Positions 35,884 to 44,336 of a DNA stretch of 64,000 nt are shown piece by piece. Position 1 is the first letter of the stretch. Each line of letters opens with the position of its first letter. Source of the stretch: Gammaproteobacteria bacterium. GTDB lineage: Bacteria; Pseudomonadota; Gammaproteobacteria; Magnimaribacterales; D2472. The notes below the pieces were generated by a model. That model was not told where the DNA came from, did no database searches, and saw only the letters and a list, made by a program, of their open reading frames with translations. The stretch covers positions 33,388 through 97,387 of the forward strand of contig JAYNII010000002.1 in assembly GCA_038108875.1 (NCBI GenBank), read 5' to 3'. The position numbers were made by a program, and so were the translations under genes.

Positions 35884-37302
35884 ATGTTTCGACATTTGCT
35901 ATTTATATTTTGGCTAATTTTTTGCCACAACAACCTCCAATCTCAGGGTGTTGCAAATCTCCCATCACTTGGGGATAGAGTTTCTGGAGCTGTCTCAATT
36001 GAGCAGGAAAAGCAAATTGGAGAGGCTTTTTTGGGTCAAATATATGCTCAAGCTCCTTTAATAAATGATCCAATAGTTCAAGAATTTACAGAGTTATTAA
36101 TATATAGAATAGCTGAATCATCTACCCTGGTGGAGAGAAGCTTTAATGTCATTTTGATTGATGATAAAACTTTAAATGCCTTTGCTGCACCCGGTGGGAT
36201 AATAGGTATTAATGGGGGGTTATTTTTAAATGCTGATGATGAATCTCAATTTGCTTCAGTAATAAGTCATGAATTAGCTCACCTCAGCCAAAGACATTTT
36301 GCGAGAAATATACTCCGAGGCTCTGATACCAATATGGCATCAGCTCTTGTAATGATTTCTGCGTTAGCTCTTGCAATTGTTGCCAATAATCCTAGCGCAT
36401 TTATTGCTGGACCAGCAGCGCTAACCCAAGAAAACCTAAGATACAGTCGAAATTTAGAAAAAGAAGCAGATAGATTTGGATTTAATAACCTTATTAAAGC
36501 AGGCTATGATCCCAAAAGCATGGGTGAAATGTTTGAAAATATGGTCCAAATTAGGAGATTATCAGGTGATCAAATTCCAGAATTCTTGTTGACTCACCCT
36601 ATTTCATCATCAAGAGTAAGTGATGCATTTAATGCAGCTGATCAAACAGGGATCATTGGGGGAAAAAGAAATTCAATTGATTATCAGTTTATTAAAGGAA
36701 GGTTAAAAGCAGACTACTATAAACCCATCAATAACTCTTATGCCTTCTTTCAGGATTTTCTTCTAGAAGACGATTCAAATGAAAATATTTACGCTCTAGT
36801 GAGATCTTATTACCACGCTAATAAATTTAAGGAAAGTTTAAGTAAGCTTGAAATTTTACTCAAAAAATTTCCAAAGGACATCGTCCTTCAACTAACTAAT
36901 TCAGAAATTTTATTTGGCATGGGAAATTTAGCTGAAGCAAAAATTCAAATAGAAGAAGTTCTGAGAATTTCTCCAAAAAATTATCCTGCTACGATGTTGT
37001 ATGCAAAAGTTCTTTCTGGTCTTAACGAATTTTATTTGGCAGAGGAAAGTTTAAGAGACTTATTAATTACTAAAAAAAATAATCCTCTAATTTGGTTGCA
37101 ACTTTCAGAGATACAAAGAGCAAGCAAGAATATCCTTGGTTATCACATGAGTTTAGGAGAATACTATCTAATTCTCGGGCAAACGGATGAATCACTTAAT
37201 CAATTTCGATTTGCTTTGAAATTGAGTGATGAGAACTTTCAAACTACAGAATATATATTAGAAAAGATTAAGTTGCTTCAGACTAATATCAGGAATAAAT
37301 AA
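35884..37302 (+). CDS. bepA: Periplasmic M48 metalloprotease/chaperone BepA (YfgC) with C-terminal TPR domain
   Basis: Signal peptide from MFRHLLFIFWLIF (ATG at 35884), zinc motif HELAHLSQRH and C-terminal TPR repeats. The ORF-track 5' extension from 35686 overlaps perM and is rejected. Confidence 0.8.
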   Translation: MFRHLLFIFWLIFCHNNLQSQGVANLPSLGDRVSGAVSIEQEKQIGEAFLGQIYAQAPLINDPIVQEFTELLIYRIAESSTLVERSFNVILIDDKTLNAFAAPGGIIGINGGLFLNADDESQFASVISHELAHLSQRHFARNILRGSDTNMASALVMISALALAIVANNPSAFIAGPAALTQENLRYSRNLEKEADRFGFNNLIKAGYDPKSMGEMFENMVQIRRLSGDQIPEFLLTHPISSSRVSDAFNAADQTGIIGGKRNSIDYQFIKGRLKADYYKPINNSYAFFQDFLLEDDSNENIYALVRSYYHANKFKESLSKLEILLKKFPKDIVLQLTNSEILFGMGNLAEAKIQIEEVLRISPKNYPATMLYAKVLSGLNEFYLAEESLRDLLITKKNNPLIWLQLSEIQRASKNILGYHMSLGEYYLILGQTDESLNQFRFALKLSDENFQTTEYILEKIKLLQTNIRNK

Positions 37303-37306
37303 CTCT

Positions 37307-38545
37307 TCATCGGTCTTCCTTGGCCATTTTGGATCCTACAAAAGAAAGGGCTGCAGAAAATGGTATTGCTAACAAAGGTATTTGAAAAGAAAGAATTGAT
37401 AAGGCTTTACCTAGGAAAATAAAACCACTGCCTGAGAAATCTCCCAACCTAACGAGCGCAGTATCAACTAGAACAGTTGATTTGTATCTATTTACTTTTG
37501 ATAATTGACTAAACAAAATCTCTCTGCTTGGCTTGTTATAACCATATTCAAATACTCTTAATATAATCGTGACCATAAAAACCAATCCGATTGTTGGTTG
37601 TATTGAATATCCCACGTAAACAACCGTAAAAATTAATCCATATAATACAAAGATCTTTTGAATACCTAAAAACCTGACAGCTATGTTGGTTAAAAAAAAT
37701 TGCGAAAAAACAGTCAGGATGGCTACAGTCTGTTCAATATTTCCAAAAAACCTAATCCTGTCAGCGCTATCTTGAGACCACTCATTAATTATTGATATTG
37801 AAGTAATCCAATGAATTGTCATTAACCCCGTCCATAGATACATATAAATACCTATGTATCTAATTTGCTTGTTAGTAATAAGGTTACGAAAAGCGTCCAC
37901 ACTATCCCCTCCAACAGATTCAGTAATTGATTGCTCTTGTTTTGATCTATGTATCAAAAAGTTTCCTAGCACTAAAGCGAGGGCTAAAAAACAAACCGAA
38001 GATATTGAAAAAAGAGTTACCCCAGAGGTATTGATTGTTTCAGAAAGTGCTTTAGTAATGCCTGAACCCAGAAAACTCCCAATTGAGCCTCCTGCTGCAA
38101 TTACACCATAAAATGCTTTAGATCGCTCTCCTCGAAAAATATTTATAACTAAGACCCAAAAAACAGAAACTACAAAAAAAGAAAAAACATTGCACCAAAT
38201 ATAAAAAAACCTTGAAAACCAAAGCGAATCATTTAGCTGAAAATACTCTGCTAACAATACAAAAAGAACCAAATTTACGATAAAGAATAAATACGAATAG
38301 TTGAATATACCTCTTAGATTATTTCTGGATGCAATCCAAGAATACACAGGGTTGATTGCTATCATTACAAAAGCCCCAAACCCCAAAAGTAAGGGAAGTA
38401 TTTCTTCATTCTGAGCTGCCATATCATTTCTAATTGGCCTCAATATGTACCAAGAACTCAACACAAGAAAGAATAAACAAGAGGCAAGCAAAGAATTTAG
38501 GCTGAAACCTGAAAATAATTTTTTTGAGGTATTGGAGGAGATCAT
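37307..38545 (-). CDS. MFS-like 12-TM transporter with a TLC (ATP/ADP translocase, Npt)-like N-terminal signature. Substrate unknown.
   Basis: 412 aa. The N-terminal FFLVLSSWYILRPIRNDMA resembles the F..F.Y.iLR..KD motif of TLC/AAA-family nucleotide transporters. Judged by eye only. Confidence 0.4.
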   Translation of the reverse strand: MISSNTSKKLFSGFSLNSLLASCLFFLVLSSWYILRPIRNDMAAQNEEILPLLLGFGAFVMIAINPVYSWIASRNNLRGIFNYSYLFFIVNLVLFVLLAEYFQLNDSLWFSRFFYIWCNVFSFFVVSVFWVLVINIFRGERSKAFYGVIAAGGSIGSFLGSGITKALSETINTSGVTLFSISSVCFLALALVLGNFLIHRSKQEQSITESVGGDSVDAFRNLITNKQIRYIGIYMYLWTGLMTIHWITSISIINEWSQDSADRIRFFGNIEQTVAILTVFSQFFLTNIAVRFLGIQKIFVLYGLIFTVVYVGYSIQPTIGLVFMVTIILRVFEYGYNKPSREILFSQLSKVNRYKSTVLVDTALVRLGDFSGSGFIFLGKALSILSFQIPLLAIPFSAALSFVGSKMAKEDR

Positions 38546-38564
38546 CTAATCTAATCCTCTTTAC

Positions 38565-38640
38565 TGGTGGGTCGCACAGGATTCGAACCTGTGACCAATT
38601 GGTTAAAAGCCAACTGCTCTACCAACTGAGCTAGCGACCC
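38565..38640 (-). tRNA. tRNA-Lys (anticodon UUU), CCA encoded
   Basis: The reverse complement folds as a cloverleaf: acceptor GGGTCGC/GCGACCC, D arm GCTC-AGTTGGTA-GAGC, anticodon arm GTTGG-CTTTTAA-CCAAT, and T arm ACAGG-TTCGAAT-CCTGT, ending A-CCA. Near-identical in form to E. coli tRNA-Lys. Confidence 0.95.
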
Positions 38641-38665
38641 ATGATTATCCATAAAAAAGATGGCA

Positions 38666-39310
38666 TTATTCCATATTTTCTAATATCTGCAAGGCTAATG
38701 ACGCAGCAGGACTTGAGGGATACTTACTAACTACAAAACGATACTTACTTTCTGCTTCACGAACTCTATTTTGAACTAAATATATATCTCCTATTTTTTT
38801 GTGAGCTAGAGGTATTCGCCAGTGATCAGGAAAGGAGGTAGTTATAAAAAGGAAATTAAATAGTGCATCCTCTAGATCATTATTATTCATGCTTATTTCA
38901 GCCATCCAAAACGCACTGAGAGGAACCTTGTCGGGATCGTCAAAGTTGTCAACAATAAATTTGAATTCATTGTAAGAATCTGAGTAATTTTTATTGTTGA
39001 GATTTTTTAAGGCATTGTCATATATCTCATCTAAACTACGCTGATCATTTAAGCCTTCAAACTTAAATCCATCATTATTACGAGTATTAACATTTTGATT
39101 AGGATATTCTGAGTTTGTAGAATTGGAGCCAACTAAATCTTCCTCAAGCTTTTTAATTTTAAAGGACTGACTTTCAATTTCAGAGCGCAGCCGAGCAATT
39201 TCTTCCTCTAACTCTTGAATCTTCATAAAAAGAACATCCTCAAAGTCAGACTGGGAAAAAGTCAGAGGACAAATAACTATCGAGAAAAAAATTAAAAAGA
39301 AAACTTTCAA
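38666..39310 (-). CDS. cpoB: Tol-Pal system protein CpoB (YbgF)
   Basis: 214 aa. Signal peptide, N-terminal coiled coil (QELEEEIARLRSEIESQ) and C-terminal TPR. Position after pal. Confidence 0.7.
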   Translation of the reverse strand: MKVFFLIFFSIVICPLTFSQSDFEDVLFMKIQELEEEIARLRSEIESQSFKIKKLEEDLVGSNSTNSEYPNQNVNTRNNDGFKFEGLNDQRSLDEIYDNALKNLNNKNYSDSYNEFKFIVDNFDDPDKVPLSAFWMAEISMNNNDLEDALFNFLFITTSFPDHWRIPLAHKKIGDIYLVQNRVREAESKYRFVVSKYPSSPAASLALQILENME

Positions 39311-39318
39311 ATCAAAGA

Positions 39319-39816
39319 TTATTTAATTTCAACCCTTCTATTTTTGGCCCAAGAAGATTCATTAGAACCAAGAGCAGCCGGCCTCTCCTCTCCAAAACTT
39401 CTAACAGTTAATCTATTGGCGCTTATTCCAAGAGTTTTTAAGTAATCTGCTACAGCTTCAGCTCTTCTTTGACCAAGAGCTAAGTTATACTCTCTTGTTC
39501 CTCTCTCATCAGCGTGGCCCGCTAGAGTAATTGATAGTCTTTGATTTTCTCCTAATAGATCAGCAAGGCTTTTTAGAGCTTGAAGTGATTTACTGCTAAG
39601 TCTATATGAATCATATTCAAAATAAACGGTTGCATTTGCTAGTAATGCTTGTTCGGATGTAGATCTCTCAGCAGAAGAAGAAATATCTCCTGAAGAAATA
39701 GAGACCCCACGAACTCCCTCGTTGTTTACAGTTTCTGAAGATTTTTTTATAGAACTACAAGATGCAATAAAAAAAACTGTTAAAAAAATGCCTAGTGTTA
39801 CTCTTGAATTTATCAT
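39319..39816 (-). CDS. pal: Peptidoglycan-associated lipoprotein Pal
   Basis: 165 aa. Lipobox FFIASCSS and an OmpA-like domain (GHADERGTREYNLALGQRRAEAV). Confidence 0.9.
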   Translation of the reverse strand: MINSRVTLGIFLTVFFIASCSSIKKSSETVNNEGVRGVSISSGDISSSAERSTSEQALLANATVYFEYDSYRLSSKSLQALKSLADLLGENQRLSITLAGHADERGTREYNLALGQRRAEAVADYLKTLGISANRLTVRSFGEERPAALGSNESSWAKNRRVEIK

Positions 39817-39829
39817 AAATATATTTCCT

Positions 39830-41110
39830 TTACCTTATGTAATATGACCAAGCCGGCTCTCTAACTTTGCCATTTTTAATTGGGTACCTGAATTTAGCTC
39901 CGCTTAAACTGAAACCAGCCAATAAAGAGTCGGCTCCGTCTGTAATTGCATAGACTATCATATTCCCATTCGGAGCAACACTAGGTGACTCATCTAATTT
40001 AGCATCCGTTAGAGGCCTTAAAAATCTTTCATTAGCATATTGCAATGCAATCTGAAATTGCCCCTTATCGTTACGATGTACAAAAATCAAGCCATCATCA
40101 TTGGGAAGATAACTTCCTTTAGCATTGTAAGAACCCTCAAAAGTAAGCCTTTCTGGGTTGTTGCGTAACTTACTCAGATTTAACTCATACAATTGTGGTC
40201 CCCCTGCCCGAGAGCTTGTAAACAATAATTTATCTCCTTTTGAAGACCATGAAGATTCGGTATCTATAGCAAAATGGTTTGTAATTCTCGTCAGGGCCTT
40301 ATCCTTGAGTCTAAGAATGTAAATTTCAGCATTTCCATCATCATAAAGAGTTAGGGACAAGTATTTACCATCGGGTGAAAAAGCTGGGGCACTAATCTGA
40401 GTTCCTCTTTCAAGTACTCTTTCTCTTTTTCCAGATGAAATTTCCTGAATGTAAACTGCAGCTTCTCCTGATTCAAAGGAAACATATGCAACCCACTTTG
40501 AATCTCTTGACCATGTTGGAGAAATGATAGGCTGATCACTTTCTAACAAAATCTGTTCATTTGCGCCATCAGAATCTGCAAGCATAAGTTGAAAAAACTT
40601 TTCCCTGTTTTCAGTACGCTCAACTACATAGAGTAGTTTTGTAGCAGCAATACCTCTAATGCCTGTTATGACTTCAAAAATACCATCTGAAGCATAGTGA
40701 GCTAATTGTCTAATTTGATTAGGAATTCCAAAAATTTTTGATTCTCTGATGAGCTTTCCCTTTGATACATCAAAAACCCTATATTCAAGTCTTAAACCTG
40801 ATTCCTCCTCTTTGAATAACTCAGTGATTGCTATGAAATCAATCTTCATTAATTTCCAGAGAGTAAATGGAAGCTCCGCATCTTTTACAGCATCTGATTC
40901 TGCCTCATTAATAATTGTAAAATCACCTGTTCTAACTAGATCTTGCTGAATAATATAATTTATAGTTGCCGCTTGTTCTTTATCAGATTCTGATTTTGCT
41001 ATGATTCCCAACTTAAAGGGATTATTCGAGCCTTGAGTAATTTCGATCATTAATTGCGCTTCAGCAAAATTAACTAAAAAAAGTACAAAAAAAGTAAGTG
41101 TATGTTTCAT
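39830..41110 (-). CDS. tolB: Tol-Pal system beta-propeller protein TolB
   Basis: 426 aa. Repeated SP.WS.DG..LA/F propeller motifs (ISPTWSRDSKWVAYV, SAPAFSPDGKYLS, ESSWSSKGDKLLFTS). Confidence 0.92.
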   Translation of the reverse strand: MKHTLTFFVLFLVNFAEAQLMIEITQGSNNPFKLGIIAKSESDKEQAATINYIIQQDLVRTGDFTIINEAESDAVKDAELPFTLWKLMKIDFIAITELFKEEESGLRLEYRVFDVSKGKLIRESKIFGIPNQIRQLAHYASDGIFEVITGIRGIAATKLLYVVERTENREKFFQLMLADSDGANEQILLESDQPIISPTWSRDSKWVAYVSFESGEAAVYIQEISSGKRERVLERGTQISAPAFSPDGKYLSLTLYDDGNAEIYILRLKDKALTRITNHFAIDTESSWSSKGDKLLFTSSRAGGPQLYELNLSKLRNNPERLTFEGSYNAKGSYLPNDDGLIFVHRNDKGQFQIALQYANERFLRPLTDAKLDESPSVAPNGNMIVYAITDGADSLLAGFSLSGAKFRYPIKNGKVREPAWSYYIR

Positions 41111-41718
41111 GGATTAAAATTTAATATAAATACTTTGAATTCTGATTCATACATCTCATTTGTTAAACTTTCAAAGAAAGTAAACTTGTCCACTCTCTTG
41201 ATTGCTGATAAACCAGAATTATCAAACCTTATGTTTCCACTGCTCTTATGTAATTGATAAGTTATTATCTTACCAGTCTTGTTAACTTTTAATAAAAATT
41301 GAGCTGATAAACCGTCCTGAATATTTATGGGTTTTCTCCAGGCTGCTTCAACTGTATCTATAATTTTATTTACAAAGTATTGAGTCGTTAATTCCTTGCT
41401 TGAATCTTGTGATACATCTTCCTTTACCTGTTCAACATCCGAATAAATCATCTCCATCGGAGAAAGAACTGGCACAGACAAATTAAATTCACTAACTCTA
41501 CTCTCTAATACTTTATTATTAACAATTGGTTTTGGAGCAGAAGTTGTTTTTGGAGTTGCCTGAGTCTTCTCTTGAACCAATGAAACATTTATTGGGGCAT
41601 GAATAAGAGTTTGAGAAGTTCCGAAATCACTAAAGTTGAGATAAGCATATATAAAAATAAATGCGTGTAAAAAAAATGAAAAAACTCCACTTTTCAGATA
41701 AGCGGGATTAGATATCAT
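41107..41718 (-). CDS. tolA: TolA-like protein (short form)
   Basis: 203 aa. N-terminal TM, a short linker and a TolA/TonB-C-like C-terminal domain. Position between tolR and tolB. Confidence 0.6.
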   Translation of the reverse strand: MISNPAYLKSGVFSFFLHAFIFIYAYLNFSDFGTSQTLIHAPINVSLVQEKTQATPKTTSAPKPIVNNKVLESRVSEFNLSVPVLSPMEMIYSDVEQVKEDVSQDSSKELTTQYFVNKIIDTVEAAWRKPINIQDGLSAQFLLKVNKTGKIITYQLHKSSGNIRFDNSGLSAIKRVDKFTFFESLTNEMYESEFKVFILNFNP

Positions 41719-42136
41719 ACCCAGTGGTCACAATACCAACATTTCTAATCCCAATACTTTGAATAGACGCCAAGGCTTGGGCCACTTTTTCAAAAGGAAC
41801 AGAACGATCACTTTTGATTACAATTTCAATCTCTGGATTGGCATCGAAAATAAGTGAAACCTTAGAACGCAACTCTGAGAGAGACATAGGAAGTAATTCT
41901 TCTCCCAAATTCAAAAAATACTCTCCAAATTTATCAATAGACACCACTAGTGGTTCGCTCTCGATTGTCATTTTAGTTGTATCGGTTTGAGGCAAGTCAA
42001 CGTCTACTCCTTGAATGAGCAAAGGAGAAAGAATCATAAATATGATTAGTAAAACTAGCATAACATCAATATATGGAACGACATTTATTTCAGAATGAAG
42101 ACGTCTTTTATTAAGATCATTTTCGAGAATGTGCAT
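41708..42136 (-). CDS. tolR: Tol-Pal system protein TolR (ExbD family)
   Basis: 142 aa. SEINVVPYIDVMLVLLIIFM motif with the conserved TM Asp. Confidence 0.85.
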   Translation of the reverse strand: MHILENDLNKRRLHSEINVVPYIDVMLVLLIIFMILSPLLIQGVDVDLPQTDTTKMTIESEPLVVSIDKFGEYFLNLGEELLPMSLSELRSKVSLIFDANPEIEIVIKSDRSVPFEKVAQALASIQSIGIRNVGIVTTGYDI

Positions 42137-42804
42137 TATTTCCTAGTTACCTCACGGTAGAGTATGCTTACCAGCTCTTCACCAAAAATAAGAAGAGATT
42201 TTATGTTTTTATCTGCCAGAGAAACATATCTGTTATAAGCTAGCAAAGCAGGTATTGCTGCAAAAAGACCTAATGCTGTTGCAACAAGTGCTTCAGATAT
42301 TCCAGGCGCAACTGCGTTGATAGTTGCCTGAGTTGCATCTGAGAGGCCTACAAAAGAATTTACAATTCCTAGAACTGTTCCAAACAAACCTATATAGGGG
42401 CTTACAGATCCGATATTAGCAAGTAATTGAAGGTGCTTGTTAAAATTCTCTTCCTCTTTTGCAACTCTTACCTTAATAGATCTTTGAACACTATCTAAAT
42501 CGTCAACAGAAATTACAGAATCCTGCTTTAATCGAGAGTATTCAAGCAAAGCATCTTGAAATACTCTTTGGGTGCTTCCGTAACGCTTGTTATCTGCATT
42601 AATTTTATGCAATGCCTCTAGATCCTTACTTCCCCAGAAAGTTTGATCAAATGACTTATTAACTTTACTAAGACTATTAAAAAACTGCCATCTTTCAAAA
42701 ATAACAAGCCAAGAGACAATTGATGCAGAAAGCAAAATAATCATAACCAGTTGAACAATCAATGAAGCATCTAAGAACATTTGGATTAAATTTAATTCAT
42801 TCAT
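42136..42804 (-). CDS. tolQ: Tol-Pal system protein TolQ (MotA/ExbB family)
   Basis: 222 aa, 3 TM. Motif IGSVSPYIGLFGTVLGI. Confidence 0.9.
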   Translation of the reverse strand: MNELNLIQMFLDASLIVQLVMIILLSASIVSWLVIFERWQFFNSLSKVNKSFDQTFWGSKDLEALHKINADNKRYGSTQRVFQDALLEYSRLKQDSVISVDDLDSVQRSIKVRVAKEEENFNKHLQLLANIGSVSPYIGLFGTVLGIVNSFVGLSDATQATINAVAPGISEALVATALGLFAAIPALLAYNRYVSLADKNIKSLLIFGEELVSILYREVTRK

Positions 42805-42806
42805 GG

Positions 42807-43202
42807 TTATATCCTATTAAGAAATGGTTGAGGAAATCCTACTGGTTTTCCTTGTCGACTGTCTATATAACATATTTCAACCTTAGCTTTTGCTAAAACG
42901 GTGTCTTCTCTAATAAGATCTTGGACAAAGACACACCTTGCTTTAGAGATTTTTACCACTTCTGATTTTATCAAAAGCTCGTCTTCAAGTTTAGCGGGCT
43001 TAATGTATTTAAGGTAAACATCTTTAACCACAAAAAAACCCTTACTATCTGTGCTTTGTAGAATGCCAATGTCATTTAAAAACTGACTTCTAGCTCTTTC
43101 AAAGAATTTAAGATAATTTGCATGATACACAAAACCTTGAAAATCGGTATCTTCAACAAAAACCTTTAAGTTAAATGGATTAATTTGTTGAGGTGTTTTC
43201 AT
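42807..43202 (-). CDS. ybgC: Tol-Pal-associated acyl-CoA thioesterase YbgC (4HBT hotdog fold)
   Basis: 131 aa. VFVEDTDFQGFVYHANYLKFFERAR motif. Lies upstream of tolQ. Confidence 0.8.
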   Translation of the reverse strand: MKTPQQINPFNLKVFVEDTDFQGFVYHANYLKFFERARSQFLNDIGILQSTDSKGFFVVKDVYLKYIKPAKLEDELLIKSEVVKISKARCVFVQDLIREDTVLAKAKVEICYIDSRQGKPVGFPQPFLNRI

Positions 43203-43599
43203 GAGTCAAGATATCCTCTTGATAAAGTTCTCTAAGAACTTCTAAAAAATCATCCCACAACAAATCAATCTTTATGTTACTCGATAAGTTTGGGTTTAAA
43301 GTTGCGGCTGAAATCCTTACTTTTATAGGACGACGATTAAATTTATAGACAAGGGCAGAGAATTCTTTTTCTCCAGTTGCATTGGCAACCTGTTCCCACC
43401 ACTCCTCTAATGGCTCAGAGCCTGTTCCATATCTTTTACATTCAAGGCACCAACGACCTAATTTTAGATCAGGGAGTTCTTTTGTTCTGGTTTGCTCTAA
43501 AATTCTTCTGACTGGATTCTTTAAATTTAGAGCGTCTTGCAATAAATTCCCTATCTCTCTTTCAAAATTTGCCCCTTTGGTTCTTGAATTAATTGCCAC
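43180..43599 (-). CDS. Small PD-(D/E)xK nuclease, Hjc-like (putative Holliday-junction resolvase). Occupies the ruvCAB position.
   Basis: 139 aa. Ordered motifs KGANFEREI ... LPDLKL ... CLECKRY (E / D / ExK). The GTG start overlaps the yebC stop (TAGTG), and the 3' end overlaps ybgC by 23 nt. Confidence 0.45.
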   Translation of the reverse strand: MAINSRTKGANFEREIGNLLQDALNLKNPVRRILEQTRTKELPDLKLGRWCLECKRYGTGSEPLEEWWEQVANATGEKEFSALVYKFNRRPIKVRISAATLNPNLSSNIKIDLLWDDFLEVLRELYQEDILTHENTSTN

Positions 43600-44336
43600 T
43601 ATTCTTCAAAAAGATTGTCAGGAAATTCTATATTCGAAAAAACTTCTTGAACATCATCAATTTCTTCTATGTATTCAATTAATTTTATAACCTTTTCAGC
43701 TAGTTCATTATCTGCATAGATTAAAGTCTTCGGTTTCATAATTACTTGAGTTGATTCAATCTCAATACCCTTAGCTTTTAAGCCATCATTAACCTCATGC
43801 AATGCATTAGGGCGACAGAATACTTCTGCATCTAAACCTGAATAAATTAAGTCTTCTCCTCCTGCATCAATGACATGCTCAAGTAATTCTTCTTCAGGAA
43901 GTTGGGATTTTATATGAATAGATCCAATTTTCTCAAACAAATAGGCAACTGAGCCATCGGTTCCCAAATTTCCACCATATTTTGTGAAGGCATGTCTAAC
44001 GTCTGCTACGGTTCGATTCCTATTATCGGTCATTGTTTCTACTAAAATAGCAACTCCACTTGGACCATAGCCTTCGTAAACTACTTCTTCAAGATTTGAG
44101 TTATCATCATTGCCTGCTCCACGTTGAATGGCTCTGTTAATAGTGTCCTTAGGCATGTTTTCAGCATTTGCTTTGTCTAAGGCAAGTCGCAATCTGGGGT
44201 TATCCTCTGGTAGAGGACCTCCGTTTTTGGAAGCAATAGTTATTTCTCTAATTAACTTAGTGTAGACCTTGCCTTTTTTTGCATCCTGTCGGGCTTTTCT
44301 ATGTTTTATATTTGCCCATTTAGAATGACCTGCCAT
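43599..44336 (-). CDS. yebC: YebC/PmpR family DNA-binding transcriptional regulator
   Basis: 245 aa. Highly conserved N-terminus MAGHSKWANIKHRKARQDAKKGK. Confidence 0.92.
   Translation of the reverse strand: MAGHSKWANIKHRKARQDAKKGKVYTKLIREITIASKNGGPLPEDNPRLRLALDKANAENMPKDTINRAIQRGAGNDDNSNLEEVVYEGYGPSGVAILVETMTDNRNRTVADVRHAFTKYGGNLGTDGSVAYLFEKIGSIHIKSQLPEEELLEHVIDAGGEDLIYSGLDAEVFCRPNALHEVNDGLKAKGIEIESTQVIMKPKTLIYADNELAEKVIKLIEYIEEIDDVQEVFSNIEFPDNLFEE

Noticed and set aside
38546-38665. tRNA-Lys as an integration site for a genomic island or prophage.
   Set aside because: There is no integrase, no repeat of the tRNA 3' end nearby, and no compositional shift. The flanking genes are a transporter and the tol-pal cluster. 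tRNA-Lys near cpoB is also, as I recall, part of the conserved Pseudomonas-type context.
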